Assembly: GCA_964484305.1 (NCBI GenBank)
Contig: CAZAEI010000005.1
Coordinates: forward strand, 1 to 53,640
Length of the DNA: 53,640 nucleotides
Direction: 5' to 3'
Origin: an uncultured archaeon
Lineage (GTDB): Archaea; Aenigmatarchaeota; Aenigmatarchaeia; QMZP01
The number at the start of each line of letters is the position of its first letter. The stretch's first letter is position 1. A program made the position numbers and the translations under genes. Below, in pieces: positions 9,792 to 18,817 of the stretch. The notes below the pieces were generated by a model. That model worked only from the letters and a program-made list of their open reading frames with translations, made no database searches and was not told where the DNA came from.

Positions 9792-10520
9792 ATGGATAGT
9801 GTAACTGACGAATTTTCACTTGCAAAACAGAAGCTGGCCAAGGACGTTGTGGGGGAGATTGTCCTTACCGAGAGCTCAGAGATGGTTATAAAGAAGTGGA
9901 GGAGTATATTCAAGATTTCCCAGAAGGCCCTGGCCAACGAGCTCGGGATAACCCCCTCTGTTATATCTGATTACGAGTCAGGCAGGCGAAGGTCCCCTGG
10001 TATAAAGCTGGTGGGAAGGTATGTGAACGCCCTCCTGAAGATAGACGAGGATAAGGGAGGCAGCGTCATCAGGAGCTTCTCCAAAACCAACCATGAAATA
10101 CCAAGCATATCCAATGCCATTATTGACATAAGGGAATTCTCATCCACTGTCAGCATACAGGATATCTGCCGCCACCTGAACGCACCATTTGTCGTGAAGA
10201 ACGGCATGGACAAACCTGTCTACGGCTATACTGTTATTGATTCACTCAAGGCAATCACAGAGCTTTCGTTTAATGAGTTGATAAAGCTCTATGGCATAAC
10301 ATCACAGCGGGCCCTCATATTCACCAAGGTCTCCACTGGAAAGACCCCCATGGTGGCCATAAAGCTGACAAACCTCCACCCGGCTCTGGTTGTCCTGCAC
10401 GGTCTTGATGTTGTGGATGGGGTTGCGAAAAGGATTGCTGAGGTAGAGGGCATCCCACTGGCCGTTTCCAGGGTGGCGTCCCCCGAGGACATAGTTGAGA
10501 GGATGAAGGAATTTGAATAA
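9792..10520 (+). CDS. XRE-type HTH transcriptional regulator with a C-terminal DRTGG-like domain (COG1709-like)
   Basis: GEIVLTES...IKKWRSIFKISQKALANELGITPSVISDYESGRRRSPG; C-terminal YGYTVIDSLKAI, RALIFTKVSTGKTPMVAIK. Confidence 0.85.
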   Translation: MDSVTDEFSLAKQKLAKDVVGEIVLTESSEMVIKKWRSIFKISQKALANELGITPSVISDYESGRRRSPGIKLVGRYVNALLKIDEDKGGSVIRSFSKTNHEIPSISNAIIDIREFSSTVSIQDICRHLNAPFVVKNGMDKPVYGYTVIDSLKAITELSFNELIKLYGITSQRALIFTKVSTGKTPMVAIKLTNLHPALVVLHGLDVVDGVAKRIAEVEGIPLAVSRVASPEDIVERMKEFE

Positions 10521-11207
10521 TCAGGCCTTGAGGATCACCCTCTTTATCTCACACTCTATTTTCCCTTTATTTATGGTCACGATACCATACCTTCCGGTAT
10601 AGAAGGGTCCCGGATAGAAAAGCACGCTTTTACCTATCCTGTCCTCCCCAATCGATTCATGTATGTGGGCGGATATCACGAGTTTTGGTTTCCTCTTCTC
10701 AATAAACTCCCTTATTACCGGAGAACCAGCATGCTCGCCTGTGGCTGTCCTGTCAAGCTTCGTGTCCCTGGGTGGGTTGTGTAGTATAAGGATAAAATCA
10801 TCACCTGCCCTTTTTGCCATCCCCTCAAGGGCCTCCTTGGTCTCCTCTTCTGTGGGCTCAAATGCTGTGTTGAAGGGGGTGAGGGCGCCGCCCCAACCAA
10901 TAAAGGTTTCTCCACCAAACTTCCTTACCTTACCATGGAGATTCACATCATACTCCTCGAACGCATCTATTATTTCATAGGGATCGTGGTTTCCAGGCAC
11001 ACAAAGCAGCGGAACCCCAAAGGAAACCAGCTTCTGTAGTATAAGGTCTGCTATGTTGTGTTGGGAGAACCCGGGTGGTTGGTTGAACATGTCAGTAAAG
11101 TCCCCCGGGGAGATAATAAGGTCAAATCCCGTGGCGTCTATCTTCTTAAAGAACTCTGAGATGTCATCAGAATAGCCATGCAGGTCTGCTATTATTAGTA
11201 TCTTCAT
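10521..11207 (-). CDS. Calcineurin-like metallophosphoesterase (Icc-related)
   Basis: IADLHG, PGDFTD, VPGNHD, LHNPP, SAHIHE. Start moved to MKILII at 11207. Confidence 0.9.
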   Translation of the reverse strand: MKILIIADLHGYSDDISEFFKKIDATGFDLIISPGDFTDMFNQPPGFSQHNIADLILQKLVSFGVPLLCVPGNHDPYEIIDAFEEYDVNLHGKVRKFGGETFIGWGGALTPFNTAFEPTEEETKEALEGMAKRAGDDFILILHNPPRDTKLDRTATGEHAGSPVIREFIEKRKPKLVISAHIHESIGEDRIGKSVLFYPGPFYTGRYGIVTINKGKIECEIKRVILKA

Positions 11208-11306
11208 ATAACCACCAACACCACCCCGCCACATTGTTGTGGGGCCGGATGTGTTGTTTGGTTTACAACTTAGTAGGCAAAGCCTTAAAAGCATGTGTTT
11301 GTGGTT

Positions 11307-11478
11307 CCCTTGTTTCCTGTGGAGATGGTTTTTTCAGACACCCCTCCATGGTTTCCTGTGGAGACTTAAAAAGAGAAAACAAGCAACAAGCAAACATATA
11401 TAACAGTGTTATATTATAGTTATAGTTATTCAATAACAAAAAGGTTTATAATACTCCCTCCATAAGAAACAAGGGGGG
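11307..11478. other. Candidate replication origin / Cdc6-binding region: three ORB elements around an AT-rich spacer
   Basis: ORB-like TCCACAGGAAAC-N-G-string on the minus strand at 11307-11325 and 11341-11365, and CTCCATAAGAAACAAGGGGGG on the plus strand at 11458-11478. A 92-bp AT-rich spacer (11366-11457) separates them, directly upstream of cdc6. Confidence 0.8.
11398..11414. promoter_or_regulatory. Palindromic operator-like motif, copy 2 (ATATAAC-AGT-GTTATAT)
   Basis: Perfect 7-bp inverted repeat with a 3-nt spacer, upstream of the cdc6 TATA box (TTTATAAT near 11446). Confidence 0.55.
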
Positions 11479-11483
11479 TGTAC

Positions 11484-12689
11484 ATGGAGCAGTCCAGCCT
11501 GAAAAACATATTCAATTCCTATATATCAGAAAGGAATATATTCAAGAACAAAGATACACTCACAACACGCTTTACACCGGAGAACATACCACACAGGGAT
11601 TCCCAGATAAAGCAGATTGCCCACATCCTGGCCCCGATACTGAGAAACGAGAAGCCATCAAACATATTCATATATGGCAAGACCGGGACAGGAAAAACCC
11701 TCGTTATAAGGAACATTATAGAGACCCTCACAAAGACAGCCGCGGCCTCTGGCGTCGGCCTGAAGGCCATATATGTGAACTGCAAGATGCAGAAGATAAC
11801 AGACACAGAATACCGCCTGCTTGCCTGCCTTATTAACGAGTTTGGTGAGTCAGTCCCCTACACCGGGCTGCCAACCAACGAGCTTTACAAGAAGCTGTTC
11901 AAATATCTTGAAGTGGGGGACAAGAACACAATTATAGTCCTCGATGAGGTGGATTCCCTTGTAAACAAGATAGGTGACGGGGTTCTGTACAACCTCACCA
12001 GGATAAACCAGGAACCAGAAAAAACAAAACTTACCATAATAGGGATATCAAACAACCTAACCTTTGTAGAATCCCTTGACCCCAGGGTGAGATCCTCACT
12101 CTCAGACGAGGAAATTGTCTTCCCTCCCTACAACGCCACCCAACTCAAGGACATACTCTCTGTCCGCGCTGGGGAGGCCTTCATCCCCAACACACTCTCC
12201 CCTGGGGTGATAGCCAAGTGCGCTGCCCTGGCTGCCCAGGAGCACGGGGATGCCAGAAAGGCCCTCGATCTGCTCAGGGTTTCTGGTGAGATGGTGGAGC
12301 GTGAGGGGACCTCCACGGTCACAGAGGTATATGTGGACATGGCGCAGAAGAAGCTTGACACAGACCGCTTCATGGAGACCATAAAAACCCTACCCAAGCA
12401 ATCCCAGGCGGTCTTTATAGCCATACTGAACCTCTCTGTGGGTGGGAAGGGGGGTATCCAGACAGGCGCTGTCTACGACACCTACTCAAGCACCTGCAGG
12501 GGTGTCGGGATGAATCCACTCACGCAGAGGAGGGTCTCAGACCTGATATCAGAGCTTGAGACCGCTGGGATAATAAACACATCAGTAACCTCCCGGGGAA
12601 GGTATGGCCGGACAAGGATAATAAACATTCCCCTCTCGGACAGCCTGGTAAAGAAGATGAAGGGGGTTCTCTTAAAGGAGTTTTCGTGA
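11484..12689 (+). CDS. cdc6: Orc1/Cdc6 replication initiator
   Basis: Walker A GKTGTGKT, Walker B IIVLDEVD, LDPRVRSSL, FPPYNATQL, HGDARKALDLL, and a wH domain (RRVSDLISELE, GRYGRTR). ATG at 11484 preferred over GTG at 11478. Confidence 0.97.
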   Translation: MEQSSLKNIFNSYISERNIFKNKDTLTTRFTPENIPHRDSQIKQIAHILAPILRNEKPSNIFIYGKTGTGKTLVIRNIIETLTKTAAASGVGLKAIYVNCKMQKITDTEYRLLACLINEFGESVPYTGLPTNELYKKLFKYLEVGDKNTIIVLDEVDSLVNKIGDGVLYNLTRINQEPEKTKLTIIGISNNLTFVESLDPRVRSSLSDEEIVFPPYNATQLKDILSVRAGEAFIPNTLSPGVIAKCAALAAQEHGDARKALDLLRVSGEMVEREGTSTVTEVYVDMAQKKLDTDRFMETIKTLPKQSQAVFIAILNLSVGGKGGIQTGAVYDTYSSTCRGVGMNPLTQRRVSDLISELETAGIINTSVTSRGRYGRTRIINIPLSDSLVKKMKGVLLKEFS

Positions 12690-12690
12690 T

Positions 12691-13671
12691 ATGGACAGAC
12701 AGGCCGTGGTAAGGGAGCTTACAAAGAAGGGAATCATCGTAACCCCCGAGATGCTTGAGGGTGACGGCCCGGGCATGCCACACAAAGGTGATGCATCCCA
12801 GGCCCCGCTATCCAAACAACCAAAGGCCAGGCTCTCCGTCAAGGTAGCGAGGGTGGATGGGCTGCCCAGGATGTCTGCTGGTGACTTCACTTCCTACTAC
12901 AACAGCCGCTATAACGGGCTGAGGGACATCCTCCTGAAGAAGATGCCCGCGCTCTCCATAAACAAGGCCAGAGAGAGCCTTTCTGAAGTCTCTGTTATAG
13001 GCATGGTTAAGGAGAGAACCCCTCAGGGGTTTGTCCTTGAGGACACCACTGGTGAGATTCCTGTCGTGAGCAGTGACGAGGTCAGGGACGATGATGTTGT
13101 TGGCGTAAAGGGGGCGGTCAGGGAGGGCCGCCTGTTCCAGGGGGAGCTTGTCTGGCCAGACATCCCCCTAAGCAACGGGGCGAGGTTTGTGCCCGGCATG
13201 ACGCTGCTGCTCTCGACCATCTTGGACGAAGGCATAAGAAAGGCAGCCAGGGACGCCAGCCTGGTGTTCATTCCAGAGAGGCCGGAAACAGCGCTGACAG
13301 AAGACGAGGAGAGGAGGCTGATAACAGCCCTGCCAAACCCCTGCCATGCTGCCATAATGAAGGAAGACGAGACATTCAACCTGCTTATATACCACCCAGG
13401 CAGGCCGGTATCCGGGCAGGATGCCCTGGGGATGCTGAGAAGGAGGCACCTCTCCCCTGACAGGAGAGAGATATCCACAACAACCGACCCCTATCTTATA
13501 GAGCCCGTCCCGGACCTGTTCTGGATAATGTCCCAGGAGCGCCACACCGAGAGGTATAGGGGCGTCACTGTGATAATAACAGGCAACCAGGACGCTGTAA
13601 AATACAACGCAGAAACAGGTGAGGCCACCTTTACCCACGACATCGCACCTTCACGCGCCGTGCCGGCCTGA
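12691..13671 (+). CDS. Shortened, catalytically inactivated DNA polymerase D small subunit (DP1)/B-subunit-like protein
   Basis: OB fold (YYNSRYNGLRDIL, VSVIGMVKE, LEDTTGEIPV, DDVVGVKG) and DP1 C-terminal signatures (LPNP, LIYH, RRRHLSP, DPYLIEPVPDLF, YRGV). The SDxH, GDxxDG, GNHD and GHxH motifs are absent. Confidence 0.75.
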   Translation: MDRQAVVRELTKKGIIVTPEMLEGDGPGMPHKGDASQAPLSKQPKARLSVKVARVDGLPRMSAGDFTSYYNSRYNGLRDILLKKMPALSINKARESLSEVSVIGMVKERTPQGFVLEDTTGEIPVVSSDEVRDDDVVGVKGAVREGRLFQGELVWPDIPLSNGARFVPGMTLLLSTILDEGIRKAARDASLVFIPERPETALTEDEERRLITALPNPCHAAIMKEDETFNLLIYHPGRPVSGQDALGMLRRRHLSPDRREISTTTDPYLIEPVPDLFWIMSQERHTERYRGVTVIITGNQDAVKYNAETGEATFTHDIAPSRAVPA

Positions 13672-13703
13672 CAAACATTTTTGTCATCACCCCAAATATA
13701 ACC

Positions 13704-14930
13704 ATGTTCCTGGATATCCTCCTGTTCATGCTCCTGGGCATACTCATCGGAACCATTACCGGCCTCATGCCCGGGATACACCCAAACACCGTCTTCGTGG
13801 CCATGATATCAGCGGTTGCCCTTCTGCCACCCACCCAGACAGAGCTGCTCCTTGTGTTCATCATGGCGCTCGCCGTCTCCAACACCTTTGTGGATTTCCT
13901 CCCCTCCATCATATTCGGCGCGCCTGACCCCGCGACCGCCCTCTCGGTCCTGCCTGGCCACAGGTTCCTGCTTGAGGGTAGGGGGTATGAGGCAGTCCTT
14001 CTTACGGTCATGGGCGGCCTGGGTGTTGCCCTGCTCACGCTACTCACACTCCCCCTTCTAATCTACATTATACCGGGGATATACCACATCATAAGGCCCG
14101 CCCTGCACATCCTTCTCCTCCTGGTCGTTGCCTGGATGATTCTTACAGAGGCCGGCTGGGGCAGGGTCCTCGCCCTGGCGGTCTTCTCACTATCAGGGCT
14201 GCTCGGCCTTGTAACCCTGAACGCCTTTGCCTCTGAGTCCATGCTCTTCCCCACCCTGACAGGCCTCTTTGCCCTGAGCACCCTCCTTGTGAGCTTCTAT
14301 ACCAGGAGCGTGATACCCGTCCAAGCAAGGACCGGGGAAATCAGGGGTGACCACAGAAAGGGAATCCTGACAGGATGGCTTGCCGGGTGGTTTGCAGGCA
14401 TGCTGCCTGGTGTGGGTGCTGCCCAGGCCGGGGTCCTGGCTGCGCAGTCCCTGAGGGCCAGCACCAGGGAGTTCCTGACCGCTCTTGGGGGAATCAACAC
14501 CTCAAACATAATGTTTACGTTCATAGTATTCTATTCAATATCAAAAACCCGCTCAGGTGCTGTGTGGGCAATATCCCAGCTGGTCTCCACCATCACGCTC
14601 TGGGACATGCTCCTCCTGGTTATGGTCGGGATAACAGCCTGCTTCATCTCAGCCATCCTAACCCTCGGTCTCGCAAGGGCCCTCCTAAGCCAGATAGGAA
14701 GGATAAACTACAGCACAGTGAGCCTGGGGGTGCTGATATTCCTTGTCCTGGTGGTCGCTGTCCTCTCAGGCCCCCTGGGCCTCCTGGCAGCGCTTGCAGG
14801 GACCTTCACAGGCCTGCTCGCAATCCTCTTCAGGGTCAGGCGCTCCCACCTGATGGGTTACCTCCTGCTCCCCACCATACTCTACTTTTCAGGCCTCTCC
14901 CCCACAGTGATGGTAACCATGGGAATATGA
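13704..14930 (+). CDS. TctA-family (DUF112-like) membrane transporter
   Basis: GTITGLMPGIHPNT, DFLPSIIFGAPD, VLPGHRFLLEGRG, LPGVGAAQA; about 11-12 TM helices. Confidence 0.85.
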   Translation: MFLDILLFMLLGILIGTITGLMPGIHPNTVFVAMISAVALLPPTQTELLLVFIMALAVSNTFVDFLPSIIFGAPDPATALSVLPGHRFLLEGRGYEAVLLTVMGGLGVALLTLLTLPLLIYIIPGIYHIIRPALHILLLLVVAWMILTEAGWGRVLALAVFSLSGLLGLVTLNAFASESMLFPTLTGLFALSTLLVSFYTRSVIPVQARTGEIRGDHRKGILTGWLAGWFAGMLPGVGAAQAGVLAAQSLRASTREFLTALGGINTSNIMFTFIVFYSISKTRSGAVWAISQLVSTITLWDMLLLVMVGITACFISAILTLGLARALLSQIGRINYSTVSLGVLIFLVLVVAVLSGPLGLLAALAGTFTGLLAILFRVRRSHLMGYLLLPTILYFSGLSPTVMVTMGI

Positions 14931-14948
14931 TGGTTAATGAACCAGGGC

Positions 14949-15083
14949 AAGGTAATGTGAACTTCCACAGGAAACAGGGGGGTGTTCCGGCCCTGCATGC
15001 TATCGAAATGAACACAAAATGAAGGTAATGTGAACCCCATGGTTTCCGGTGGAGAAACCACACCCCCTCACTTCCACTGGAGG
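14949..15083. other. Second ORB cluster (candidate origin core)
   Basis: CTTCCACAGGAAACAGGGGGG (+, 14962-14982), TCTCCACCGGAAACCATGGGG (-, 15035-15055) and CCTCCAGTGGAAGTGAGGGGG (-, 15063-15083). A 14-bp direct repeat AAGGTAATGTGAAC occurs at 14949 and 15022. Confidence 0.75.
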
Positions 15084-15222
15084 CTTCTACACTGCTTCAC
15101 AGAAACACGCAAACTTAACGCACGGCGCAGTGAAGTGATTGTTAACAAAACCATGGCACGTTAATGTCATGTGAACAAGAATGGTGCCGGCTCTGGAATG
15201 GCACGTAGGGTGCCTGGGCCAG

Positions 15223-17877
15223 CTATCTTCCCGGGCCCTGGGTGGTGACCATCTCTGCTGTCCCGCCTCTATGGGAGAAGAGAAGCCTCCCCCCGCAGGA
15301 GCAGGCCCCGACCAGGGGGATTCTGGGGTAGAACCTCCCGCATTTCTCACAAGCGAAGCCGCTCATGTCCGCAACCGGAATCTCCCTTACAGGCCCCTTC
15401 TGCTCTGCCTGGGTGTTGATTATGTGCATGAGGTCAGACTGCCTCCCTCCACCCATGAGCATAGAGCGTGAAACCCCCAGGACGCTGAATATCCTCTCCA
15501 TTGGAGGCAGGAGCTGGTTCTCGATATAATACCTGGAGTCCACCTGGATGCCGTTCTCCTCAACATATGTGGGGTCCTCGGCGCGCTTGGAGAGCAGACC
15601 CATACCCTTCACAATGACATAACCTATCCGGTCTCCCACACCAGGCACCTCACCGCTGTTCCTTGTCTGGAGCTTCTTCACCAGCTCTATATGCGGCTGC
15701 ATGCCCTCATATTTTTCCGGCGGCTTGGTCATGGTCTTGGTAACCACAAGCTTCTGCACAGACACCTCGTTCTTCACAAGCTTCTGGACTATTTCTGTGA
15801 AGTATGATACAGCCTCCATGGGATCGTCCCTCTTCAGGACAATCTCTATGACATTCCTGAGGGTATCGCCCACGAGCTCGCACCAGTCCCTCCGGACGGT
15901 CTCTATACCCTTCATCTCTATGCCCTCCTTCCATCCGCCATCCACAGGCTCAAATCTCCAGGCAAAGTAGCGCTTCTTGGTCAGCGGCAGAAACCTCTTG
16001 AACACCTTCTCAAACTCCAGCTCTATGATGCCAGGCAGCTTATCTGTCACATCCTTGGATATCCTGTTCGCTATCTTTCTTATCTTCTCCAGGTCATCCG
16101 TGTCAACCTTAATGACAACGGAATCAGTGTCACCATAGACCACCCTGTAGCCATACTCCTTCTCAATAATGTCCTTGGTTTTGTGGATGATGTCCCTTCC
16201 ACAGGCCGTGATGGTATTGGCCACGCTCAGGTCATATATCCTTGCCCTGGAGTATCCCATGTGCCCGTAGAAGGCATTGGCCATTATCTTGAGAGCCCAC
16301 TGCTCTGCCTCATAGGCCTTCTTCTTGAAGGGGTCCTTTGCCCTGGCCTTCTTTTTCTTGGCCTCCACCCTGCTCTCCAGCAGGCCCTCGATTATGGTTG
16401 GTATGATACCCACCCTTACCTTTCTGGGGGCGAATTTCGTTCCCGCAACAGTCTCTATGGGGTTGTCAACGGGCTTGTCCCTGATAATCGTGGTCGGGCA
16501 TATATTGAACGACCTTACTATGGAGGGGTACATGCTCTTGAAGTCCAGGACCACCACATTTGAATGGGGCTTCTTTTCAGGCTCGAACACAAAGCCGCCC
16601 TTGAGCTCCCTCTTCTTATCATCCTCCCTCCTGGCTATCTCGCTGCTTGTGGGCCTGCACGGAAGGATATAGCCCGCCCTGTTGAATTCCCTGAGAAGGA
16701 AGTTCTCTATCCTTGTTGTTTCACCGCTGTTCAGGGTGTCCTGCAGCAGGGTCCCGGAGACCTTGGAAAGGGCCACATACTTGTCTATCAGGTTGAGCCT
16801 CTGTACAAGAGACATTGCCAGAACCGAGTCCTTCTGCGAATACTTCACAAGCCTGGCAAACTCCTCAGGGCTGCCCCTCCAGAACCTCTCTATCTCACGC
16901 AGCTTCACAGGCTCCTTGTGGTCATTCAGGAGCCTCTCTGCGACAAAATCAAGGCCGTACCTCGCAAGGGAGTAGTCCTTCTTTACAATCTCAAAGCTGT
17001 CCACAACAACCCTGCCTATTATGGATATCCTGTACCTGGCCATGAGCTTCCTGGCATTGACCTGCTTCTGGTTGCAGCGGCCCATGAAAGGCCTTATCCT
17101 ATGTTCTCTCATCCTGTCCAGTATGTAGGGGATGTCGAAGTTGTTTACGTTGTAGCCGGTCAGGATGTCAGGGTCGTACTGGTTTATTATCTCAGCAAAC
17201 CTCTCCAGCATCTCCTTCTCTGATGAGAGGGTAGTCACGCCAGGGCCCGGCCTCGTGCTAAGCACCATCCTTTCAGCGCCCTTGAAGGGCTCCCCAAAGA
17301 CCATGGATATGAGGACAATGGGGTCCCTGGAAGCCTCTGGCAGGGTCCCTGGCCTTACAGACACGCACTCTATGTCAAAGGCAAGCATCCTTAGGGGAAC
17401 ATCCTTGAGCCCCTCCACGGGCTCCACCGAGCTGACCCTTACACACCTGTCAACATTAACGGTTTCGGTGGAGACGCCGTTTTCTTCCTTGAACCCAATC
17501 CAGCCAAGGCCCCTGATGCCCAGGTCGTTCATGAACCTGTACTTGAAGAGTATGTCAGCCTCATAGGCCGTGACCCCCGCAGCCACCAGCCGCTCCCTTA
17601 TCTCAGGGGTCCTTGATGGGTTGGTTATGGTTATCTTATATACATCCCTGGGGTCCTGGTAGCCCATTACCATCTTCCTGGAGACCCTCTCTATCTTCTG
17701 CACCTGGGGTTCCTTCTCCATGAGTTCCCTGGTCTTCTCTCCATCTGCATAGAAATACGGCTTGTACCCCTCGTAGAAGGCGCACACGGATTTGCCTGAT
17801 TCAGTCTTGCCGAATATCCTGACTATGGGCCTCTCATCCACCAGGATGTAGTCGACATCGATAACCTGTATCTCCAT
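15223..17877 (-). CDS. polB: Family B DNA polymerase with a C-terminal Cys4 Zn-finger extension
   Basis: Exo motifs FDIEC, GYNVNNFD, YSQKDS; pol motifs LDFKSMYPSI, KIMANAFYG, YGDTDS, KKRY. PIP-like QSDLMHII, then CEKC-x12-CSC. Start at 17877 follows a GGTG RBS. Confidence 0.95.
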   Translation of the reverse strand: MEIQVIDVDYILVDERPIVRIFGKTESGKSVCAFYEGYKPYFYADGEKTRELMEKEPQVQKIERVSRKMVMGYQDPRDVYKITITNPSRTPEIRERLVAAGVTAYEADILFKYRFMNDLGIRGLGWIGFKEENGVSTETVNVDRCVRVSSVEPVEGLKDVPLRMLAFDIECVSVRPGTLPEASRDPIVLISMVFGEPFKGAERMVLSTRPGPGVTTLSSEKEMLERFAEIINQYDPDILTGYNVNNFDIPYILDRMREHRIRPFMGRCNQKQVNARKLMARYRISIIGRVVVDSFEIVKKDYSLARYGLDFVAERLLNDHKEPVKLREIERFWRGSPEEFARLVKYSQKDSVLAMSLVQRLNLIDKYVALSKVSGTLLQDTLNSGETTRIENFLLREFNRAGYILPCRPTSSEIARREDDKKRELKGGFVFEPEKKPHSNVVVLDFKSMYPSIVRSFNICPTTIIRDKPVDNPIETVAGTKFAPRKVRVGIIPTIIEGLLESRVEAKKKKARAKDPFKKKAYEAEQWALKIMANAFYGHMGYSRARIYDLSVANTITACGRDIIHKTKDIIEKEYGYRVVYGDTDSVVIKVDTDDLEKIRKIANRISKDVTDKLPGIIELEFEKVFKRFLPLTKKRYFAWRFEPVDGGWKEGIEMKGIETVRRDWCELVGDTLRNVIEIVLKRDDPMEAVSYFTEIVQKLVKNEVSVQKLVVTKTMTKPPEKYEGMQPHIELVKKLQTRNSGEVPGVGDRIGYVIVKGMGLLSKRAEDPTYVEENGIQVDSRYYIENQLLPPMERIFSVLGVSRSMLMGGGRQSDLMHIINTQAEQKGPVREIPVADMSGFACEKCGRFYPRIPLVGACSCGGRLLFSHRGGTAEMVTTQGPGR

Positions 17878-18006
17878 GGAACGCACCATTAAGGCAAAAC
17901 ACAACATTACAATCTTGCCATGAAAACAATAAAAACACAGCACGGCCCGCGTTGTATATTATGGAGAGATATTTTCCTGCCTCCTGGTTTGCGGAAGGTT
18001 GGGAAA

Positions 18007-18023
18007 ATATAACGGTGTTATAT
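18007..18023. promoter_or_regulatory. Palindromic operator-like motif, copy 3 (ATATAAC-GGT-GTTATAT)
   Basis: Perfect 7-bp inverted repeat in the polB / hjc divergent intergenic region. Confidence 0.55.
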
Positions 18024-18059
18024 CCCACCAAATTAAAAGCCATTTACCCATATATTATC

Positions 18060-18425
18060 ATGAAACTCTACCGCAAGGGCTTCAGGGCAGAGCGCGAATT
18101 GCTGAGGTTCCTGAGCGCCCGCGGCTACTCCTGCGTGCGCAGCGCCTCCTCGGGTGGCGCCCTCACTCCAGTGGATGTCGTGGCCATAAAATCAGGCAAG
18201 CTGCTTTGTTTTGAGATAAAGTCCTGGGCCAGGAAGCCCAGGCTCGACAGGAGCCAACTCTCCCGCTTCTCCGAATGGTGCAGGAACGCCCAGGCCCACG
18301 GCTTCGTTGCCTGGTACAACCAGAACCAGTGGAGGTTCCTTCCCGTAAGGGATGCCGAGGCCAACCGCTACGGTGACGAGTTCTGGATAGACTATGAATC
18401 CTTCCTAAGGGTCTTCACCCAATAA
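18060..18425 (+). CDS. hjc: Holliday junction resolvase Hjc
   Basis: YRKGFRAERELL, VRSASSGG, VDVVAIK, CFEIKS (PD-(D/E)xK). Start at ATG 18060. Confidence 0.9.
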   Translation: MKLYRKGFRAERELLRFLSARGYSCVRSASSGGALTPVDVVAIKSGKLLCFEIKSWARKPRLDRSQLSRFSEWCRNAQAHGFVAWYNQNQWRFLPVRDAEANRYGDEFWIDYESFLRVFTQ

Positions 18426-18469
18426 GCCTTTACAGGAGCTAACCGCTTTCCCAAAGGCTTAAGCCAAAC
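18423..18469. repeat. Intergenic palindromic repeat, copy A
   Basis: TAAGCCTTTACA...AAAGGCTTAAGCCAAAC with a 9-bp terminal inverted repeat. Related copies lie at 18818 and 46014. Confidence 0.7.
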
Positions 18470-18489
18470 TCACAAAATTTACAGGATAA

Positions 18490-18786
18490 TCACAACATGG
18501 TCCTCAGGCCCCTCACAACCTGCTCCTCTCCTATGTCCGGGTTCTTTATCCTGACCAGCTTTATCTTGAGCCCCACATCCTCGAGCTCCTCTGGTATGAC
18601 CATATCCACGAAGGGGGCCATCCACACGTCCAGCGTCCTTGACACCGTCCACTTGTGGAGCCCGGCCATGCGGGCTATCTCCCCCACAGTGATGTGACCC
18701 CTGTCCTCCTGGTGCGCCTTCACGAGAACCCTGTATATCTTCAGGACATTCTCAGTGGTGTTCCTATAGAACCTCGGTCTGGCCAT
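18490..18786 (-). CDS. Small winged-helix/HTH DNA-binding protein
   Basis: ITVGEIARMAGLHKWTVSRTLD HTH pattern. Confidence 0.7.
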   Translation of the reverse strand: MARPRFYRNTTENVLKIYRVLVKAHQEDRGHITVGEIARMAGLHKWTVSRTLDVWMAPFVDMVIPEELEDVGLKIKLVRIKNPDIGEEQVVRGLRTML

Positions 18787-18817
18787 GATAGTAATTTGAC
18801 TTGGGTAAATTTATTTC

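Noticed and set aside
13704-14930. TctA without TctB/TctC inside the replication locus
   Set aside because: Stand-alone TctA/DUF112 genes are common in archaea, and nothing in the sequence links it functionally to replication.
17968-18010. Inverted repeat ATATTTTCC...GGAAAATAT as an RNA gene
   Set aside because: Single short stem with no tRNA or other known ncRNA features; overlaps the operator-like palindrome.
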